A stretch of DNA of 64,000 bases from Eledone cirrhosa (taxonomy: Eukaryota): NCBI GenBank assembly GCA_964016885.1, contig OZ024749.1, positions 43,090,001 through 43,154,000 of the forward strand, in the 5' to 3' direction. How positions within the stretch are numbered: the stretch's first letter is position 1; each line of letters opens with the position of its first letter. Shown here one piece after another: positions 15,508 to 26,148 of the stretch. Position numbers and translations under genes: made by a program. The notes beneath the pieces were generated by a model. That model was not told the DNA's origin and did not search any database. It saw only the letters and a program-made list of their open reading frames with translations.

Positions 15508-15880
15508 ATCATTGTTATCTGTTAAGCTTGTATGGGTCTATAACAAAAAAAAAAAACCCAAAAAACCATTGCAGTTAACGTTTCAATCATATTAGTTTAA
15601 ATTACAGAAGTTCTTATTTGCTTTATTCTATTAGATTATTACCTACGAATATATTACTTTTTCTCTTAAGGTTTTTTGAAACTGTGCATTATATTTACCA
15701 GCGTATTGTAACAGCAGGCATGATATATCTCTTTACTGCGCTGTGTGTATTCATTAATACAAATAGAAAATTGGTACTGATTAATATTAAAGATTAATTA
15801 AGAAATGAATATTAACTCATTACCAAATTCCAACGCGTCTTTAATAAAACAAATATTTGCATTCTACTGAAATAAACAAT

Positions 15881-16103
15881 ATTGGTTTCTGATTTAGCAC
15901 AAGGCCAACAATAATTTTTTGGTGGAGGAGAAAGTCGATTAAATCGACTTCAGTGTATTACTGGTACTTTATTTTATCCACCCAGTAATGATGAAAAGTA
16001 AAGCTAACCTCGGCTAGATTTGAACTCGGAACGTAAAGGACCGTAACTATATGCCGCAAAGCGTGTTGTCCGACACTCTACCGATACTCCCAATCCACCG
16101 CCC
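15881..16103 (-). mobile_element. SINE family A, longer-tail variant
   Basis: Matches the consensus, with an extra gtcgattaaatcgac segment also seen at ~15145-15160. Confidence 0.8.
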
Positions 16104-16301
16104 TTTGAATGCGTTACATTTTCTCACGTGTATGTTTTCAAATATAAATAAGTGTAGGGGAAAGCCATTGTATTTAGCAATACTAACTCTTTAATATCTA
16201 ATGCAAGGTAAATTGGATCAATCCAGAAGAGATCATAGTTGTAACCAAAGTTCGTGATAAGGTTTACCATTTTAACAAGTATTTTCTCTTTTATATTTTA
16301 T

Positions 16302-16730
16302 TGTTCGTTAGGATAAAATAAGACGAGAAGGAGGGGAATATAATGAATGGGGTGAAAAAGAGTTGAGTTAAACATTAAATTTAACGCATTATATATATCT
16401 ATAATTGTTTCTACTTTTGGCACAAGGCCAGCAATTATCCCAGTGTATTACTGGTACTTCATTTTATCGACCCCGTAAGGATGAAAGGCAAATGCGTTAA
16501 ATTTAATGTTTAACTCAACTCTTTTTCACCCCATTCATTATATTCCACTCCTTCTCGTCTTATTTTATCCTAACGAACATGCTTTGACGCATAGAGTTAC
16601 GGCCCTTGCCATTCTGAGTTGAAATCCTGCCGAGGTTAACTTTGCCTTTCATCCTTACGGGGTCGATAAAATAAAGTACCAGTAATGTACTGGGTAATTG
16701 CTGGCCTTGTGCCAATAGTAGAAACAATTA
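16302..16730. mobile_element. SINE A fragments (- 16401-16491; + 16578-16730) interleaved with an 89-bp inverted duplication
   Basis: 16302-16390 is the near-perfect reverse complement of 16491-16579. Confidence 0.85.
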
Positions 16731-16787
16731 TATATATATATAGAGAGAGAGAGAGACACACACACACACACACATATACACACAGAT

Positions 16788-16824
<37 letters not shown>

Positions 16825-17285
16825 CAAACACATACATATATACAAACACACACACACATATATACAAATACACACACATATATATATATATATATACCCA
16901 CACACATACATATACACAGAAACACGCATACATATACACACAATCACACATACACACACATACATATATGTATACACACAAACACAGAGACAGACAGAGA
17001 GAAAGAAAGAAGAGCCAGACAGACAGACAAAGAGAGAGCGAGAGCGAAACATTACTAGGTATATCTCTCCGTTTTTAAGCCGACAGAAAAAGGAAATAAA
17101 GTCAGTCTATGTAAGTGAGGTAAGTAACAGTAAATAAAAAGCTGCTGTTTAATGGAATTATGTAAATATGGGAAACTGTTGTTGGGGGCAGAAATAATTC
17201 GCTGAATTTCTTTCTCTGCCTTTTTATTTAGTGATCAAAATATACCCCAACAGGACATGTAGCTCATTACGAACACACACAGACA

Positions 17286-17355
<70 letters not shown>

Positions 17356-17385
17356 TGTCTGTGTGTGTTCGTAATATATTTATGT

Positions 17386-17640
17386 CAGGTCACCAGTTGG
17401 TGCTACTGGTAACATGTATCCCAGTACAACCTGTCTCATGGTCGGGTCGTTGGCGACTAAACTGGCAACCCCACCAAGGTTTCTTGGTGAGGAGGGTGAC
17501 TTTGGACATCCTGCAGGACTAAAAACAAAACCTGTCAAAGAGTCAATGGCCATCCAAAATCACCGGGAGAGATGACCCCTTAGCCTTTGTAAAGGCAGAA
17601 TTCTAGGAGAAGGAAAACTCTGATATAACACCTGCAACCC
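17386..17640 (+). mobile_element. Probable RTE-clade LINE 5' UTR remnant
   Basis: ctaggagaaggaaaactctga and ggcgactaaactggcaaccccacc resemble RTE 5' regions from recall. Higher GC than the flanks. Confidence 0.4.
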
Positions 17641-18331
17641 TGATGGTATCCAATGATGTTGACTTGTTCTTCTTTTTGGTAAATATCATCTTGGTTAAGA
17701 GAGTGGGACTGGCTTTGTGCAGTGCCTTTGCTCACTATAAAAGCTTCACGGCACAGGCATTGCTTTATATCTGGAGATCTCTCTGCACTTGTCGTCACAT
17801 GGAACCATGGGCCCAGCACTATGTGTCAATAATTGTCACAGGTGTAGTGTTTGTACCAGAGTTTTCAAGTAGCTAGCTGGACTAAAATGTCACACTCGTT
17901 CAGCGCATCGGTAGGAGTTCTCCTACATGGATATAAAGTAGTGGCCGTACTCGAAAACGAGTTGGCAGCCACTATATATATATATATATCTGTATATGTA
18001 TATAAGTACAAACACCCACATATACATATATCTGTATAAGTATATAAATACACACACACACAGACTCACACACATATATATATATATATATCTGTATATG
18101 TATATAAGTACAAACACCCACATATACATATATCTGTATACATATATAAATACACACACACATACACTCACACAAATATATGTTTATACACACACACACA
18201 CACATATATGTTTATACACACACACATATATATGTTTATACACACACACATATATATGTTTATACACACACACATATATATGTTTATACACACACACACA
18301 TATATATTTATACACACACACATATATTTAT

Positions 18332-18372
<41 letters not shown>

Positions 18373-18410
18373 TGTATGTCCACATACATGTAAATATATT
18401 CTTCATAATA

Positions 18411-18454
<44 letters not shown>

Positions 18455-18524
18455 GCACAAATATTCATGCAAGTTTATATAATAATGTATATATACATAC
18501 ATGTAAATATATTCATGTAGCAGT

Positions 18525-18576
<52 letters not shown>

Positions 18577-19047
18577 GGTAGCATATGTGAGGATTCCTAT
18601 ATTCATTTATGGCAGTTTTCTTTTAAACCTTTCTACAACTTTCTATTTCTTCTTTCTTGCTCTGTTGCTTCATCTCATTAATGGAAATATCTGATTATAC
18701 TTAACACTATAAAGAAATATCCCCGCTGGATAATAAACCTAGTTTTTATTCTGCTATATTTTCTGTGATTAAAGCATTTGTTAGCTCTTCCTGGTGTATC
18801 TTGTAACAGATGTGTCGGTTGCATGACAAACTGCTATGGTTAAATAAAGAAATCAGGTTAACTATTATTAGCTTAATGTTTTTACTATGCATGTAGAAAG
18901 AACAGATGGCATATCATCTATCTATCTATCTATCTGTGTGTGTCTCTGTGTGTGTGTGTGTGTGTGTATGTGGTGTGGTGTGGCGTGGTGTGGCGTGGCG
19001 TGGTGTGGTGTGGCGTGGCGTGGCGTGGCGTGGCGTGGTGTGTGTGT

Positions 19048-19122
<75 letters not shown>

Positions 19123-19307
19123 CATCTGTCGCTTGTGCATGCACACTGAAATATCGTGTGTATATATATATATATATATATATTTCTTGGCAACCTTTGG
19201 CAACAGGTGAGTTTTGCATGATATAGCGAGAACGATATTAGCATACTTGCAACATGATTATATGTCATGTCATGTTGGTATATGTTTGTCTATGTATATT
19301 TGCTTGG

Positions 19308-19707
<400 letters not shown>

Positions 19708-20643
19708 GTTATGTAATAAACAACATAAGGCAATTATTCCATTTACCAGTGGTTTCTTAAAAGCAAAAAATGTTGCTTTTAATCCTCAGAATGAAAAAAT
19801 CCTGGTCTGTTTATTGAATTTGGATTTTAAAAACAAAACTATTATGCTCTGTTACATAGAGCACTTTTTTTTCCTGGACTTTTCCGACGGAATTACTTCA
19901 CATATATATATATATATGTATGTATATGTATCTATGAATATTTATATAAATATATATATATATTTATATGTATGTGCGCGTGTAATCACTAACGCAGACT
20001 CACACATATATATTTATATATATATAGAGAGAGATGAACGATCCAAGATATGTAAATACAATATACGTATGAATTTTATGACTCATGAATCAACTGGTAA
20101 CCAGATTTGTAGATTCTTCGTTGTTGCCGGGGAGTTGATGTAAATACTATCTCTTCATTTTCACGAATATGGATGAATTTATTTCAATGAAAATTATGTG
20201 TTTGCTTTCCAAAGTTTAGCGCAGACATATTGATTTAATTCTAACTAGTTAGGAAGGGATGTGAATCATTATGTTTCTTATGTGGAATAAAGCATTAGAC
20301 TGTGATTGCGTTGATTGTATCGATTTCAACAACGGATTCGAAGAATTGTTAAAGTGTCGGACAACATATTTGTCGGTTTCCAGTTAAAGTTCTTTATCTT
20401 CCGAGTTGAAATACGACAGATTTGAACTTTGATCTCGTTTTTCTTTCTGTCTCTAGTTTTGGGACGTTTCTATAATCATATCTAATGTACTGGGATCAAT
20501 ATGGATAAGTTAAAAGGTCTTTAACTCCTGGTGAAATCTAGGTTATTTTAAAACCTGCTGGAACCCATACTTCTCCGAGTCAGTCATAACAGATGTTTTA
20601 CATTACACACACAAACTCACACATACATAGTCCCAGACCGCTC

Positions 20644-20682
<39 letters not shown>

Positions 20683-20686
<4 letters not shown>

Positions 20687-20838
20687 GAGGAAATCATCAA
20701 GAAAGCTTTCCTGATGATTTCCTCCGATTGAAACAGTTCTAGTCCTCAAGAAGCCAATTCTTTATTAAACATTTATACTCTGCTATGTATTGAGTACTTT
20801 ATTTACTGTGGTTACCCCTGATTGAACCCGGGATAAAC
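20683..20838 (+). mobile_element. Palindromic short repeat, same family as 41221-41402
   Basis: Shares gaaagc-centred palindrome, acagttctagtcct and tttatactctgctatgt...gtggttaccc...gattgaacc. Confidence 0.7.
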
Positions 20839-21818
20839 ATATATATATATATATATATATATGGGGGGGGGTACCCACACATACCAATGTTCAAAAACTA
20901 GGGTCGATATTATCATTCGTATCCTTGAGGGTGGTGAGAGTTTATTTTCATCAACTAGTAAATAAATATGAGAAAGCCTTTTGCAAACGAAGACTGAGCG
21001 TTTATTTTTATATAAAAATCTCTTTAAAACCGTACTATATCATCTTAAAAACAATATGAAGGATAAAATGTATGAGCATTTCATACGCAAAACATATCGA
21101 AAAGATATATGTTATGGCCACAGATCAGAGCCTGGAACTGAACAGCAGGAATAACAATGGAGAATTCTATTTTTTGTCGTTTACAAACCTGCCATATCAG
21201 CTAAAATATATAAATAACAACTTCAGCACATTTACTCCACAGATTGAACCACTAATGAAAATATTCATTGACTAAAACTTTTGACTAATGGCAGTAACCT
21301 AATTCATTGATATTGGTGCATTTTTGCTTAATCAATCGCAAACATAACCCGGGCAGATTTCCAGTGTCAACTTCATTTAATTCCCTCAAGTCTTTTTTTT
21401 TGTTTCAAGTGTTAATATATGTAGGTTGCCAAAATGTATTGCTGCTGATATCAGTGAAGATCGGGAAAATGAAATACATATAATATAAATACGAGGCTTG
21501 AAATAAAACAAAGATAAATACTATATAGTGTAACGTAAACCATTTATTTGCCATACAGATGAGTTTCCCTGGCCTTAAAAAACATAAACTAGATAGCAGA
21601 AAGAACATGAAAGAGTTGGCCTTCCGCATTTCATTCTGTCCTATTATCTTCATCTCATTACTATTAGTATTATCCTTTGATTCTCTGTCCCATTATCTTC
21701 ATCATTAGTATTAGTATTATTATTATTATTGCATTATTGCAACTACAAGTAGCAGCAGTAGTGGTGGTAGTAGTAGTATCAGCAACTGCAGTAGTAGAGA
21801 TTGTGATGGTAGTGGTGA

Positions 21819-21874
<56 letters not shown>

Positions 21875-22027
21875 TATTTGGTTGGCTGAAATGTATCTTT
21901 TGTGATGAAAAATGATTTTATTATTCCATTTCATTGGTTTGTATTTGTGTTTATCCTAGAGCAGTCGAGACCCCCTCACACTCCCCCCTCTTGTGTACTC
22001 CGACTCCTACTTGCTGACATGTGTACA

Positions 22028-22076
<49 letters not shown>

Positions 22077-22205
22077 TATATTTACACACACACATATATA
22101 TATGTATATATACATAAACACACACTCACATAAGAGAGAGATTGCTACGTAGATGCCAACATATATACATACATTCATGCTACACACCTACATGCATATG
22201 TATGT

Positions 22206-22238
<33 letters not shown>

Positions 22239-22274
22239 CTTGTATGTATGTATTTATATATAGGTTTGCATATG

Positions 22275-22340
<66 letters not shown>

Positions 22341-22382
22341 CTTGTATGTATGTATATATAGGTTTGCATATATATATAGGTA

Positions 22383-22428
<46 letters not shown>

Positions 22429-22666
22429 GTATAAAAAAACAACAATACAATATAATTACCTCATTACCAGAGGTTTCCCGAATAAGGCGAAACTTCAACA
22501 CTTATACATATATATAACAACAACCCAAAACAGATTAATGAAAATAAACAAAGAATAACGAATCAAACCTTTGTCCTATGTCATCACATTGAAGGGTTAT
22601 TCAATAAAATTACCTACTGACGTGTAGTGTCTAATTCTAGCAAGGGATATATATATATATATAAAT

Positions 22667-22858
22667 TAATTGTTTCTACTTTAGGCACAAGGTCAGCAAT
22701 TATTCCAGTGCATTACTGGTACTTTATTTTATCGACCCCGTAAGGATGAAAAGCAAAGTCAACCACGGCGGGATTTGAACTCAGAATAGCAAAGGCCGTA
22801 ACTCAATGCGTCAAAGCATGGCGTCCGACCCTCTACCGATACTGCCAATTCACCATCC
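22667..22858 (-). mobile_element. SINE family A, full length
   Basis: Consensus match. Confidence 0.88.
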
Positions 22859-23393
22859 TATTATATATATAAATTATATATATATATAAAGTAATGTCCA
22901 GCTTATGTGTTGCAGCAATTGATATATTCTTATGACTTGTTGAGGTTAATTGGCTAGCTCAAGAGTCACTGGGCTCAAATCTATAAACATTAGTTTAAGT
23001 ACGGTTAGCTAAACATGATTAATAGTACGTTAATAGCTATATATATTCTATTGATGAGAGCTACACTTTCCAGTAAAATAGACTAGACACACCTGCTGGT
23101 TCAATTGTGAATGTCATAGAAAATTATAATAAATCATATGCAGGAAATGAAACCAGATTATTTCAAGTAAGTAAATTGAAGGAAGATATATTAGTTGTTT
23201 GTTTGTTTGCAGAGAACTACAGCATTGTGTGTTTTAGGCAATATATATGTAATAAACAACACAATATAATTATTCCATTACCCAAGGTTTCACGAATACA
23301 GGCGACCCCAACAGAGGGGTCCCAATTCGTTCATCAGAACGAACATTTAAAATTAATTTTTTCTTCTGATGAACGACTTCGGACGCCTCTGTT

Positions 23394-23939
23394 ATATAAA
23401 ATATATATATAAATATATATATATATAAAAAATATATATAACTATATATAGATAAATATATATAACTATATATATATAAGTATATATATATATATATAAC
23501 TATATATATATATATGTAAATATGATAATAATGGAGCTGCGGCGCTGCAAATGGGTTACATATGAAAAAGTTTGTCCTCATCAGTGGCCATCCAACCGTC
23601 GTAGGCATTTCGTCGCATTAAAGGCCATATACCTCAGGTTGGTGCGAGCAACGGCTAAAAAAAAGTCGTTGGGACACGTAAATAAAGCGGACGCTAGGGT
23701 AAACAAACATATGGTTTAAGCAGCAGAAAGTGATGAAGAAGGAAACAAGTCCCAGATTTCTATGAATATAAATTCGGTGGAATCGTGAACGAGAGAATAA
23801 AGACCATCAAACCTGGTTGAAATGTGAGCAAGGAAGGAATTTCGCACATGTCTAACGGGAGGAAGAAAGGGTCTGGTCTGCAAATTCGGTAAACATAAGT
23901 TCTGTGATATATATATATAACTATATATATATATATATA

Positions 23940-23978
<39 letters not shown>

Positions 23979-23994
23979 CTATATATATATTTAT

Positions 23995-24027
<33 letters not shown>

Positions 24028-24230
24028 ACTATATATATATATATAACTATATATATATATATATAACTATATATATATATATAACTATATATATATAACT
24101 ATATATATATATATATAACTATATATATATATAACTATATATATATATATAACTATATATATATATTTATATATATATATATAAATATATAACTATATAT
24201 ATAAATATATAACTATATATATATATTTAT

Positions 24231-24279
<49 letters not shown>
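23394..24279. repeat. TAAC(TA)n satellite, continuing at 29191-29405 and 30762-31163
   Basis: Same TATAACTATA unit on each side of the inserted elements. Confidence 0.9.
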
Positions 24280-24281
<2 letters not shown>

Positions 24282-25185
24282 CTTGGCACTTGTTGGTATA
24301 AGATGTGGATTGTCGTCTCTCCGGATTTTGAAATTTTAATATTTTAAATCGACAGTAATCGGATTTATGTATGGTTTTAATTCTTCAGAGGACAAGGAAA
24401 ACATACAAAAAAGATAAGTTTTTGTGCTTTGTCGCAATTATTTTGAAGTATATTTTACATATATTACCGTTTTGAACATGTTTATTTTCACTGTATGATT
24501 CATTCATGGGAGACAACACACACACACGTGCTTTCTATTTTTGTTTCATACAGAGCATTTTGGTTTAGCTTAAGCAATTTTGTATTAACTTTGATATTTC
24601 TGAGTAACATAATTTAATTTGATATAATCTTGTTTGATTTTGTATAATCTTATCTGTATTTGACCCGATTTCGTTGTTTCTTGTATGATATGCTGATATT
24701 ACAATAACTCCGTATATTTGTAAACAGACATTTACATCGTGTTTCTATATCTCTGTTTCCGGTTTCTCCCATTCATTAATTTAAATTTAGATTTAAAAAT
24801 TTATTTTTATATTTATGAACTGCAGTTGCTCACGCTCTCACGCTGTCTCTATCTCTCTCCTTCCTCTCTCTCTCCCCCTCTCTCTCTCTCGATCAACGAG
24901 CTCTCTTTCTCCCTCTCTCTAGATCAACGAGCTCTCTCTCTCTCTCTCTCTCTATCTATCTTCTCTCTCTCCCTCTGACCCCCCCCACTCTTCCCGCTAT
25001 CTCTCTCGCTCCCCTCTATCTCTCTCGCTCCCCTCTTCTGTCTCCCCCTTTTCTTTTCTTTTCTTTTCTTCTGTTTCTCTTTTTCTCTCACTGGAGTTAT
25101 ATCTCTATCTCCCTCCCTCACTCTGTCCCTCTCTAACCTCTACTCTACACCTCCCACTGTCCCTCTTTCTCCCCTCCACAGCGAA

Positions 25186-26148
25186 ATGGACTGCATGCAG
25201 GAAAAATGGGAAAAATGTGAAATCAGGAGTCAGCGAAACTGGTCGAAGATTGAACTAGCGGTTTTGATCAAGGGGTGGACTATGGCTGATGGGTCTCCAC
25301 CAAGCAAAAAGATGGCGGAGAACCTGAAGAGCCATGGGTTTATGAGGACCCTGGTACAGATAGAGAGAAAGAGAAAAGAAATTGAGAAGGCGTATGTCCT
25401 CATAGCGCCTCATATGGCGATGCTAAGCCGTGTCCTCAGGGAGGAGAAAACCGAAGGGAGGGATGAGGAGAAGGAGAGGGAAAAGGAAGAGGAAAAGGAA
25501 AGGGAAAAAGAAAAGGAGGAGAGCACAAGCACGGACCTGAAAGAAAATGATATACCCTCCGCTACAGGCAGGGAGGGCAGGCCGGGCAACCAACAAGCTA
25601 AGGGCAAAGGTGAAAAGCGAAATCACCTTCCGAAGGAGAACCAAGCGCAGAGGGACCAGTGGACAACTGTTCAAAGAAAGAACAGAAAGCACCGAGACAC
25701 TGGGAGCAAAAAACACCAAGTAATGTGCAAGTTTTTCAAGAACGGGACATGCTGGCATGGAGAGACAGGGATGGGATGCAGATTCGCCCACCCTAGGTCT
25801 CAAACGAACTATGCCCATCATACTCGCGCAACATGCCCCAGCCAAAGCCGAAATAAGCCGCTCCAGAAGTATGCTGATGTCGCGCGTGCTGCACCAACAA
25901 GGAGAAGGCACGCACATGCCGACGAGATACAGATGGCAGCAGCAGATCAGAAAAATTTTTTAGTGATGGCAGAGAAGATTGTGGGACAGCTGACCTGGCT
26001 GCATCGTCTCCAGAGCCAGGGTCATCCACACCAGCACTCGAGACCACCGCAGTTAAGGGACCCAGAGTGGCCGCCGCTGACACCAGACCAGGTGTCATAC
26101 CGACAGCCATTACTGGCACCCCAAAAGTCACACCAGTGCTGCTGCTGA
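25186..26148 (+). CDS. LINE ORF1 protein (Myb/SANT-like N-terminus, E/K-rich tract, CCCH zinc finger)
   Basis: 320-aa ATG-started ORF. Contains WSKIELAVLIKGW...MAENLKSHGFMRTLVQIERKRKEIEKAY and C-x7-C-x8-C-x3-H (CKFFKNGTCWHGETGMGCRFAH). Confidence 0.8.
   Translation: MDCMQEKWEKCEIRSQRNWSKIELAVLIKGWTMADGSPPSKKMAENLKSHGFMRTLVQIERKRKEIEKAYVLIAPHMAMLSRVLREEKTEGRDEEKEREKEEEKEREKEKEESTSTDLKENDIPSATGREGRPGNQQAKGKGEKRNHLPKENQAQRDQWTTVQRKNRKHRDTGSKKHQVMCKFFKNGTCWHGETGMGCRFAHPRSQTNYAHHTRATCPSQSRNKPLQKYADVARAAPTRRRHAHADEIQMAAADQKNFLVMAEKIVGQLTWLHRLQSQGHPHQHSRPPQLRDPEWPPLTPDQVSYRQPLLAPQKSHQCCC

Noticed and set aside
20711-20746. Functional hammerhead at CTGATGA...GAAAC
   Set aside because: Stems I and II do not pair properly.
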